This document shows positions 50,026 through 58,098 of a stretch of 64,000 nucleotides of DNA, piece after piece. A model generated the notes under the pieces. That model was given only the letters and a program-made list of their open reading frames with translations. It did no database searches and was not told the DNA's origin. Position numbers and translations under genes: made by a program. Source of the DNA: Actinomycetota bacterium. GTDB taxonomy: Bacteria; Actinomycetota; Aquicultoria; UBA3085; Oleimmundimicrobiaceae. How positions within the stretch are numbered: position 1 is the stretch's first letter; every line of letters begins with the position of its first letter. The stretch covers positions 6,084 through 70,083 of the forward strand of contig DSBK01000103.1 in assembly GCA_011046085.1 (NCBI GenBank), given 5' to 3'.

Positions 50026-50559
50026 ATCAAGTTAAAAGAAATTTTCAAACATTTCTTTAAAATTGGTCTCGGTGCGTTTGGCGGAATAGTGGCCATTGCC
50101 CACATCGAAGAGGAATTGGTCGGAAAAAAAGGCGTTGTGCCGAAAAGCGAGTTCAAAGAAGGACTCGCCCTGGCTCAGATTATGCCCGGTTCAACAAGCA
50201 CATCTCTTGTGGCATATCTCGGATATCATTTAGGAGGGTTGGCGGGGGCAGTCGTGGCAATATCCGCATTCATGTTGCCCGCTTTCATCATCATGATACT
50301 TCTTGCTTTGGGATATCTTCACTTTCAAAATGTTTCCTTCGTAAGCTCAATTTTAAAGGGTTTAAACGCAGTGGTGGTAGCTTTGATTATTGATGCCTTG
50401 GCAAGCCTAGCCAAATCCACGATTAAAAAGAAACGGGAGGGCGTCATCGCTTTGCTTGCTTTTATAGCTCTCTATTTTTTAAAGGCTGATCTATTTTTGC
50501 TTATTTTTTTGTCAGGTTTGCTCGGCTTAGTGTTTTACGTATTGGAGGAAAGAGGTTGA
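50026..50559 (+). CDS. Chromate transporter family protein (short-chain CHR, N-terminal half); start codon uncertain
   Basis: The CHR family signature F(F/L)KIGLGAFGG is encoded in-frame upstream of the track's GTG start (50089), and a GGAGGT RBS sits at 50011-50016. Confidence 0.65.
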   Translation: MKLKEIFKHFFKIGLGAFGGIVAIAHIEEELVGKKGVVPKSEFKEGLALAQIMPGSTSTSLVAYLGYHLGGLAGAVVAISAFMLPAFIIMILLALGYLHFQNVSFVSSILKGLNAVVVALIIDALASLAKSTIKKKREGVIALLAFIALYFLKADLFLLIFLSGLLGLVFYVLEERG

Positions 50560-51140
50560 AAAAACGGCTTAAATTCTTAATTTACATATTTATCGCGGCC
50601 GTGATTGCCTTGGGAATATCTACGCCACTTCTTGCCAAATTAAATTTCGCGTTTCTTAAAATTGGAGCCATAGTTTTCGGAAACGGTTACACCGTCATAC
50701 CCTTCATACAAAAAGAAATTGTTGAAAGCTACAAATGGTTAACCCCCGAACAATTCGCGGTAGCCATTGCCCTTTGCCAAGTAACACCGGGACCGGTGAT
50801 AATTTTGGCTACCCTCGTGGGTTTTATAGCCGCGGGGGTCCTTGGCGCTTTGTTTGCAACCATCTCAATACTTTTACCATCCGCCATCTTAATAATTATA
50901 CTTGCCAAACAACACAAACGGGTCAAAAATTTGAAATCGTTGCAAGCCTTCTTTGGAGGAGTAGTTGCGTCTGTAATAGGAATGCTCGCAGCAATCGCAT
51001 TGAGTTTTGGTAAGGCAAATCTAGTCGATTTCAAAACGGGCGCACTTTTTGCAGGTGCGCTTGTTGGTCTGGTCTATCTTGATATTGAGCCCATCTATAT
51101 TGTTCTCGCAAGTTGCATAGTATCATTATTTATCTTCTAA
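50556..51140 (+). CDS. Chromate transporter family protein (short-chain CHR, C-terminal half)
   Basis: LKIGAIVFGNGYTVIP motif; 4 nt overlap with the partner gene. Confidence 0.7.
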   Translation: MKKRLKFLIYIFIAAVIALGISTPLLAKLNFAFLKIGAIVFGNGYTVIPFIQKEIVESYKWLTPEQFAVAIALCQVTPGPVIILATLVGFIAAGVLGALFATISILLPSAILIIILAKQHKRVKNLKSLQAFFGGVVASVIGMLAAIALSFGKANLVDFKTGALFAGALVGLVYLDIEPIYIVLASCIVSLFIF

Positions 51141-51166
51141 TGCACCTAAAGAGCTTTTTCACTAAT

Positions 51167-51556
51167 TTATTTGGATTGGTGATTTTTAACTTTTCCCTCG
51201 GTTAAAATCTTTTCAGCCTTTTTAATCATCTCAATCTCACCCTTGTAAGAGAGTATTTTGGAAGCATTCTCAACTGACACCCACCTGACTTCCCTTACTT
51301 TAAAATCGTGATCACCTATATCGCCTTCAACATATTTCATCAAATAAAAATGAACAAACTTATGATATCTTATCCTGTGGAGGTTCCAATAAAACCAGTA
51401 GTCAATCTGGCCAATCTTATCGACAATTTCGCCAATTAAACCAGTTTCTTCTTTAACCTCACGCAACGCAGTTTCTTCAGGTGTTTCATCCCTCTCAACC
51501 AAACCCTTAGGCAAGCACCAAACATTCTTCTTATCGTTTCGAGCGGTAATTGCCAC
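51167..51556 (-). CDS. NUDIX hydrolase
   Basis: Nudix box G-x5-E-x7-REVKEETGL. Confidence 0.8.
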   Translation of the reverse strand: MAITARNDKKNVWCLPKGLVERDETPEETALREVKEETGLIGEIVDKIGQIDYWFYWNLHRIRYHKFVHFYLMKYVEGDIGDHDFKVREVRWVSVENASKILSYKGEIEMIKKAEKILTEGKVKNHQSK

Positions 51557-51619
51557 TTCTGTACGATTGTCGATAGTACGATTGTCGATAGCTTTAAAAC
51601 TACACCACCCGAGGACACA

Positions 51620-51790
51620 ACGGTCTCGGTCTTCAAAAAAATCCGCCTTTCCAGTTTAATAGTCAGGAGTCTGTTGGTCGGGGTGGAGGGCAAGCTCGAA
51701 TTAAAAAATAAAATATAAAAATGAAAACTAACAGCTCTTAGCCTCCAGCCCTCAGCTGCCAAACGCCCCGCCAGCAGCGGGCAAGCGCCA
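51620..51790. repeat. Intergenic repeat element, copy 5 (diverged)
   Basis: agtcaggagtctgttggtcggggtggagggcaagctcg...AT-rich...ctcttagcctccagccctcagctgcc. Confidence 0.45.
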
Positions 51791-53569
51791 TTAAATGTCT
51801 TTAGCAATACAGGTTTTATTGCGACCGCTTTTTTTGGCCCGATACATAGCTTGGTCTGCCTTATCGAATAAGAGCGGCGCTTCTTTTATTCCTCCAGCAA
51901 GAGAAGCTACCCCTATGCTTAACGTTATCGGAATACGTTTTCCTTCAAAAATGAAATCAAACTCCTCGACCCTGTAACGCAATTTCTCCGCAACCGCGAA
52001 TGTTTCCGTTTTTGAAATTTGCGGTAAAATTATGGCAAATTCATCTCCGCCCTGGCGGGCCGCAATATCCGCTTCACGCAAGTTTTTACGCAATATCTGC
52101 GCAACCGCTTTCAGCACCTCATCTCCTCTCAGGTGCCCATATGTATCATTAATTAGCTTAAATCGGTCTATGTCGAACACTATGATAGACAACTGGGATT
52201 CGTAGCGCTGAGCTCTACGAACTTCTCTCTCTAGAGTGCGGTTAAACCCATAGTGGTTGAGCAGCCCCGTAACTGCGTCAATCATGGACATCTTCTTCGC
52301 GTCTTCTTTTATTCGATTCATGAGCTTCTTTTGGTAGGGAAAACATGTGTCCCAATTTGTTATCCCTCTGTATACCGCGAGCGCATTTTCGCTGCATGTT
52401 CGGTAACCGCAAGCGCCACAATTCAGTTCATCTTGAGGAGAAAAAATTTCTGCCTCCGCCATCAATTTTTCTATCTCTTCTTTGGATGGGAACGATAAAT
52501 CTATTGCCTTGCTGGTAAATGTTCGCCTCAAACTAACTTTCGGCAAACCGGGGATTATCTCGGAGGGGCTGGGCCACCCAATTTTCCTATGCTCTTTCCT
52601 GTAGTTTTTCTGAATCTGATCCTTTAGAGTATATAAACTTCGCCCTTTAGCTAAACCGTTTCTCATCGCGGGACCATTAATACAACCATTGCAACTTAAA
52701 ACATCAATAAACCGAGCTTGAACCTCATTTAAACTTAATGCTCGTGCCAAAGATTGCACACCATCAACGCCCCTTGTTGCTTTAAAGTTCCGATTAATTG
52801 CACTCGTTTCCATCATAAATTTCCGGGGCAAGCCACCCGGTAAAGAATCAAATCGCGAAACTTTTTCAACCGACTTTAATTTCGCTTCCGATAGAGATTT
52901 TAAATCAACCTCTATATCATCAAGCATCTCCTTTAACTCAGAGAACGTTATGACCGCATCGATCGCATCCATAACGGATTCATCGGCCACCTCGGCTTTT
53001 TGAGCAACACAAGATGTTACGTAGACGGTGTAAACATCGCCATATAACATTTTACAAAGACGGCCTTGAGCAATCATCGGGGAAACAATTGGGGCGAGAT
53101 AAGGGATTAAATCAGGAAAATATTTCTCTATTAAATTTACAACGACAGGGCAAGTAGAACGTATTATTGGAAAATCATCGTCCTGGCTCAAAATATTCAT
53201 ATATTCATTGGCCACAAGCTCTTCGCCTAAAATGGCGCCCTCGACAGCATCGAATCCGAGCTTTATGAGACCGGCGGCAATTTCAGTTGAACCAAAAGGA
53301 TAAAAAGCCGCCAGATGCTCGGGAGCCAAGATTGCAATGGCATTCTTTTTTTTGTTGGCCAAACGCTGTACTCTTTTTTTACTATTTTTAAGTGTTAGGG
53401 CGCCCTGCGAACAAGCTATTACACATTCACCGCAAAATATGCACAGTTCATGCAGAACTTCAACGCCACCGTCAGCCACCTTTATACATTTAACGGGGCA
53501 CGAACGGATACATCTATAACATTCTTTACATTTTTCGGGGCTGCATTCGATTATGTTTAAGGTTTCCAT
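51791..53569 (-). CDS. Sensory [FeFe]-hydrogenase-like protein (2x[4Fe-4S] plus H-cluster domain plus extra 4-Cys cluster) fused to a C-terminal GGDEF diguanylate cyclase
   Basis: N-terminal CxxCxxCxxxCP x2. The H-domain carries L1 RSTCPVV (TSCCP with the proton-relay Cys replaced by Thr), L2 VTSCVAQKAE (MPCxxKxxE) and L3 DVLSCNGCINGP (ExMACxGGCxxG). A CGACGYRTC...C cluster follows, and the C-terminal GGDEF domain has an intact RQGGDEF motif. Confidence 0.7.
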   Translation of the reverse strand: METLNIIECSPEKCKECYRCIRSCPVKCIKVADGGVEVLHELCIFCGECVIACSQGALTLKNSKKRVQRLANKKKNAIAILAPEHLAAFYPFGSTEIAAGLIKLGFDAVEGAILGEELVANEYMNILSQDDDFPIIRSTCPVVVNLIEKYFPDLIPYLAPIVSPMIAQGRLCKMLYGDVYTVYVTSCVAQKAEVADESVMDAIDAVITFSELKEMLDDIEVDLKSLSEAKLKSVEKVSRFDSLPGGLPRKFMMETSAINRNFKATRGVDGVQSLARALSLNEVQARFIDVLSCNGCINGPAMRNGLAKGRSLYTLKDQIQKNYRKEHRKIGWPSPSEIIPGLPKVSLRRTFTSKAIDLSFPSKEEIEKLMAEAEIFSPQDELNCGACGYRTCSENALAVYRGITNWDTCFPYQKKLMNRIKEDAKKMSMIDAVTGLLNHYGFNRTLEREVRRAQRYESQLSIIVFDIDRFKLINDTYGHLRGDEVLKAVAQILRKNLREADIAARQGGDEFAIILPQISKTETFAVAEKLRYRVEEFDFIFEGKRIPITLSIGVASLAGGIKEAPLLFDKADQAMYRAKKSGRNKTCIAKDI

Positions 53570-53665
53570 ACTGCTTCACTTAACAAATATTATTTTTTTA
53601 ACGAAACTAAGCACCAAAATATAACGCCTTGCTTAAAAAAATCAAATGCCCCTCTATTTTAAACT

Positions 53666-54133
53666 TTAATCATCGGTCAAATCATAAACTTGCGCACCTG
53701 TCACGTTTTCCAGATCCGAAGACCTCATTTTGAGGATGACGCTGGGCTCGCCCGCACTGGTGTAAATGACATCCCGTGCTTTTAAGTTTAAGTCCATAAC
53801 TGTGCGAAGCACAATCTTGTGAGCGATAGGTGGGGTTGCCCCCAACATATAACCGGTAAAATCCACGACTTCCTGACCAGTTGCAATTCTCACATTTGAC
53901 GCCTCAACGGCTCTTTTTAATTTTTTATAGCTAACCCTTTTGTCTCCTGATAAAAGGGTTAGCACCGGCTCCTTGTCAGCTATAAAAAGAACCGATTTAA
54001 CAATCTCTGTGGGAGGAATATTTAAGATTGCCGCCATTTTCTGGGTAGATGTTATAGGATAAGAAAGAGGAATGACTTCGTGAGGAATATTTTTCTCGCT
54101 AAGGACATTGTGAATATCCACACTTGCCTTCAT
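53666..54133 (-). CDS. YbaK/ProX-family aminoacyl-tRNA deacylase
   Basis: 155 aa YbaK fold signature. Confidence 0.75.
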   Translation of the reverse strand: MKASVDIHNVLSEKNIPHEVIPLSYPITSTQKMAAILNIPPTEIVKSVLFIADKEPVLTLLSGDKRVSYKKLKRAVEASNVRIATGQEVVDFTGYMLGATPPIAHKIVLRTVMDLNLKARDVIYTSAGEPSVILKMRSSDLENVTGAQVYDLTDD

Positions 54134-54222
54134 TTGTTTCCTCCTCGCTTAAAAAAACACCCTTAGTATACCACTTTGGAAGAAAAATTAAAAAACATGC
54201 AGAACAAAATGTACAACTATAT

Positions 54223-54687
54223 TTATCGAATAAGCTGTAAAGCTTTACTAACTGCTTCAGAAGGTCCACTGGCAGAGATGATTGCCTCTATGGGTTCCCC
54301 TTCTTTATTCAACTCCCAGGTTTCTATCCCCACCACAAACCTACCCATCTTCAAGGCAAGGCCTATCTCCGAAAGTGTCCCAAACTCTCCTCCGATCGCT
54401 ATCACCACATCGGAAGCCCCAACCACTAGGGCATTCCGCGCTTCAGCCATTCCCGTAGGAATTGCCACATCGACAAAGGAATTTGCATATTTCCTTGTCT
54501 TTGAAGGCAAAATACCGACCGTTAACCCTCCCGCACCTTTAGCGCCCCTACAGGCAGCTTCCATGACGCCTCCCAACCCGCCGCAAACAAGAATGGCCCC
54601 ATTCTGTGCTATTTCTTTTCCAACTTTACAAGCAACTTCAGCTAGTTTGTTGTCACACTGTCCTGCGCCTATTACCCCAACATACAT
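54223..54687 (-). CDS. TIGR00725/LOG-family Rossmann-fold protein
   Basis: GAGQCD...VCGGLGGVMEAACRGAKGAGG...GGEFGTLSEI. Confidence 0.75.
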   Translation of the reverse strand: MYVGVIGAGQCDNKLAEVACKVGKEIAQNGAILVCGGLGGVMEAACRGAKGAGGLTVGILPSKTRKYANSFVDVAIPTGMAEARNALVVGASDVVIAIGGEFGTLSEIGLALKMGRFVVGIETWELNKEGEPIEAIISASGPSEAVSKALQLIR

Positions 54688-54699
54688 ATCAAAACCCCC

Positions 54700-55608
54700 T
54701 TAATCCGTAGTTCCTGAATGATTGTTTGAAAGATGATCTTTATGCGGATTAACGTGGACCATCACGTCAATAACATTGCCCATCTCATTTATTATCGATC
54801 GCTTTACATCAACAGCTATCTCATGTCCTTCTGCAACAGTAATCGTTGGGTCAGTCTCAATCTTCACATCTACAAGCAAAAACTGGCCGGCAAAACGCGC
54901 TCTAATTTCACGCGCATGCTCAACACCTCTTACTCCCTCTGCTATTAAAGTAATTTTTCTTAAGATGGCTTCGTCGGGCAAAGTGTCTATAAGCTGGTAA
55001 AACGCATAGAGAGACGTGGTATAACCAATCCTGGTTATAAAAAGAGAAACAATTGCTGCGGCAACAGCGTCAAAAATAGGATACCCCAACCTTGCGACGG
55101 ATACACCAATTACAACCGAAAATGAAGCCAAAACATCAGAGCGATGATCCCGTGCCTTCGCAAGAACAGCAGGGCTATTTAACTTCTTCCCCGCCTTGTA
55201 GGTATATCGAAACATCCCCTCTTTTGCCAGAAGAGTCAAAAGAGCGGCCAGTAACGCAATCGGCTCGGGCTTTGTGTATAACCGATTAACAACCGAGTAA
55301 ATTGCAGAATAAGCAATAAAAATACCCGTGCCGATGACAAACAGCCCCACAAGAAAAGCAGAGATTGCTTCCACTTTACCGTGGCTATAGGGGTGATTGA
55401 CATCGACCGGCTTTTTGGCAATCTTCAATCCAAGAATCGTTACGATATCAGTAATAATATCGGCGAGCGAGTTAACAGCATCCGCAATAACGGCCTGGCT
55501 CCCGCCCACAATTCCAGCGAACAATTTTACGAAAACCAGCCCCACATTGCCCCAAATGCCTAAACGAGCAGCTTGTTCAGCTATAAGAAATCTTTCTTCG
55601 CGTTGCAC
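54700..55608 (-). CDS. Cation diffusion facilitator (CDF) family metal efflux transporter
   Basis: Six TM helices plus C-terminal cytoplasmic domain; HRSDVLASFSV motif. Confidence 0.85.
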   Translation of the reverse strand: MQREERFLIAEQAARLGIWGNVGLVFVKLFAGIVGGSQAVIADAVNSLADIITDIVTILGLKIAKKPVDVNHPYSHGKVEAISAFLVGLFVIGTGIFIAYSAIYSVVNRLYTKPEPIALLAALLTLLAKEGMFRYTYKAGKKLNSPAVLAKARDHRSDVLASFSVVIGVSVARLGYPIFDAVAAAIVSLFITRIGYTTSLYAFYQLIDTLPDEAILRKITLIAEGVRGVEHAREIRARFAGQFLLVDVKIETDPTITVAEGHEIAVDVKRSIINEMGNVIDVMVHVNPHKDHLSNNHSGTTD

Positions 55609-55631
55609 ATAAACCAGACCTTAAAGAAAAG

Positions 55632-56648
55632 TTAAAGCAGATTGCGTTCCAACAAAACTTCCGCTATTTGGGTAGCGTTTAGAGCGGCGCCCTTTCGTAA
55701 ATTATCCGCTACAATCCAGAGATTAAGTCCGTTTTTAATAGATTCATCTTCGCGAATCCGCCCAATATAACAAGCATCTTTATTCGCCGCAAAAATAGGG
55801 AGAGGATAAACCAGATTTTCGGGGTCGTCAATTACTTCGACACCCGGCGCATTCTTTAAAATTTCGCGTGCTTTATCGGCAGTTATTTTCTTTTCAGTTT
55901 CAATGTTAACCGACTCTGAATGAGAGATTAAAACGGGGACCCTGACACACGTTGCGGTTATTCCCATTTCATCGTCTCCCATAATCTTCCGAGTTTCGTT
56001 CACCATCTTCATCTCTTCTTTGGTATAACCATTTTCTAAAAAACCATCGATATGGGGAAGTAAGTTAAAGGCTATCTGGTGGGGATATACATTTAACTCA
56101 ACCTTCTTCTCGCCCAAGACTACGCTTTTAGACTGATTTAAAAGTTCTTCAATAGCTTCTTTGCCGGTGCCTGAAACTGCCTGATAGGTTGAGACAACCA
56201 CTCTTTTAATCCTGGACCTATTATAAAGCGGTTTGAGGGCAACCACCATCTGAATGGTTGAACAATTCGGATTGGCAATAATTCCCTTGTGCCAGCTCAC
56301 ATCATCAGGATTAACTTCCGGAACAACCAGGGGAACGTCGGGTTTCATTCGAAAAGCGCTGCTGTTATCGATAACTACTGCCCCTGCACGAACAGCATGT
56401 GGAGCATATTCTTTGCTTATTTGAGCGCCAGCCGAAAAAAGGGCAACATTAATGTCTTTGAAAGAACTCTTGGTTAACTCTTCAACCGTTACACCGGTCC
56501 TTTTAAATGTTAATCGACGACCTGCGGATTTAGCGGAAGCAAGCAATTTGAGTTTTTTAACAGGAAACTTTCTTTGCTCTAGCACCTTGCGCATTTCTTC
56601 GCCTACAGCACCCGTAGCTCCCACTATCGCCACATTATATTCTTTCAC
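55632..56648 (-). CDS. asd: Aspartate-semialdehyde dehydrogenase
   Basis: VAIVGATGAVG NAD-binding motif; active-site Cys region; 338 aa. Confidence 0.9.
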   Translation of the reverse strand: MKEYNVAIVGATGAVGEEMRKVLEQRKFPVKKLKLLASAKSAGRRLTFKRTGVTVEELTKSSFKDINVALFSAGAQISKEYAPHAVRAGAVVIDNSSAFRMKPDVPLVVPEVNPDDVSWHKGIIANPNCSTIQMVVALKPLYNRSRIKRVVVSTYQAVSGTGKEAIEELLNQSKSVVLGEKKVELNVYPHQIAFNLLPHIDGFLENGYTKEEMKMVNETRKIMGDDEMGITATCVRVPVLISHSESVNIETEKKITADKAREILKNAPGVEVIDDPENLVYPLPIFAANKDACYIGRIREDESIKNGLNLWIVADNLRKGAALNATQIAEVLLERNLL

Positions 56649-56759
56649 TCTTTCTTACCTCCAAAAATCAGTTATTTGTTAGTGGTTGATTGTTAATAGC
56701 AAACAAAAATCAAAATTTTTCAATTGCCGTTTTTATCTTTTACTTTTCATTTTTAATTA

Positions 56760-56818
56760 ACTTTTAACTCTACCCTTTGCCCATTACCCTTATTTTGCTA
56801 TCTACCATACGCCATTAG
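56760..56818. repeat. Intergenic repeat element, copy 6 (3' module only)
   Basis: ctctaccctttgcccattacccttattttgctatctaccatacgccattagctatttcc. Confidence 0.55.
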
Positions 56819-58033
56819 CTATTTCCCAAGACCAAACTTTTCATGCAAAGCCCTTACGGCTAAATTCACATCTTTCTCATCAATAACACATGAAATTTTT
56901 ATCGAAGATGTGCTTATCATCCCAATATTTATGTTATTTTCAGCCAGAGCTGAAAACATATCTGCCGCCACCCCTGAGTGTGTTCTCATTCCTGCCCCGA
57001 CTAAGGAAATTTTAGCAATTCTTTCATCGCGCACGGAACCCCTTGCCCCAAGCTCGCTAACCATTTTGTCAACTACGCTTTTCGCTTTCGTTAAATCATC
57101 CTTCTCCACGGTAAAAGATATGTCAGTATAGTCCTTCTCGCTGACATTTTGAATAATCAAATCAACATTTACATTTGCATCAGCTAGATTCCTGAAAACT
57201 TTTGCAGCAATCCCTGGCCTATCAGGTACGCCTAAAATTGTAATTTTGGCCTCGTTAATATCATGAGTAACTCCACTTATTATGGCCTTTTCCATTATTG
57301 CATCTGCCTCCTTAATCAACGTTCCAGGCTTCTCCGAAAAGCTCGACCGAACATGAATACAAACACCATAATTCCGACCAAATTCCACGGATCTTGCCTG
57401 CAAAACTTTGGCGCCGGTCGCCGCCATCTCCAACATCTCATCGTAAGATATCTCATCAATTTTACGGGAGTTCTCAACTATGCGCGGGTCAGCCGTAAAA
57501 ACACCCTCTACATCTGTATATATTTCACAAATATCGGCTTTAAGTTTGGCTGCCAGAGCCACCGCAGTGGTATCGGAACCGCCTCTTCCCAGAGTAGTGA
57601 TGTCAGAGTCAACCGTCACCCCTTGAAAACCAGCCACAATGACAATTTTTCCTTTCTTAAGCTCACTTAAAATTCGGTCCGATTTTATATCTATTATCTT
57701 CGCTTTTGTATGAGCGGCATCCGTTAAAATTCCCACTTGCAAACCAGTAAAAGAAATTGCATCGTAACCTAAAGCTTCAATTGCCATAGCTAAAAGCGCC
57801 ACCGACATCTGTTCGCCGGTAGCTAAAAGCATGTCAAGCTCTCTTTTGGGAGGTGAAGAGGTTATCTCGTAAGCCATTTTCAAAAGATTGTCGGTACTAT
57901 CCCCAACAGCGGATACGACAACGACCACGGAGTTTCCTTCGCTTTTAGCTTTAACCACGCGTTTTGCTACAACTTTTATCCGCTCTGCATTTACAACCGA
58001 GCTCCCACCGTATTTTTGAACAACTATTCCCAA
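56819..58033 (-). CDS. lysC: Aspartate kinase (with C-terminal ACT domains)
   Basis: [13 protein letters not shown]...; 404 aa. Confidence 0.9.
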   Translation of the reverse strand: MGIVVQKYGGSSVVNAERIKVVAKRVVKAKSEGNSVVVVVSAVGDSTDNLLKMAYEITSSPPKRELDMLLATGEQMSVALLAMAIEALGYDAISFTGLQVGILTDAAHTKAKIIDIKSDRILSELKKGKIVIVAGFQGVTVDSDITTLGRGGSDTTAVALAAKLKADICEIYTDVEGVFTADPRIVENSRKIDEISYDEMLEMAATGAKVLQARSVEFGRNYGVCIHVRSSFSEKPGTLIKEADAIMEKAIISGVTHDINEAKITILGVPDRPGIAAKVFRNLADANVNVDLIIQNVSEKDYTDISFTVEKDDLTKAKSVVDKMVSELGARGSVRDERIAKISLVGAGMRTHSGVAADMFSALAENNINIGMISTSSIKISCVIDEKDVNLAVRALHEKFGLGK

Positions 58034-58098
58034 ACGACATCCCTCATTTAAAGATTTACCCTATTTTAGCAACCTACCATTTAAGGAGCAAGACAACT

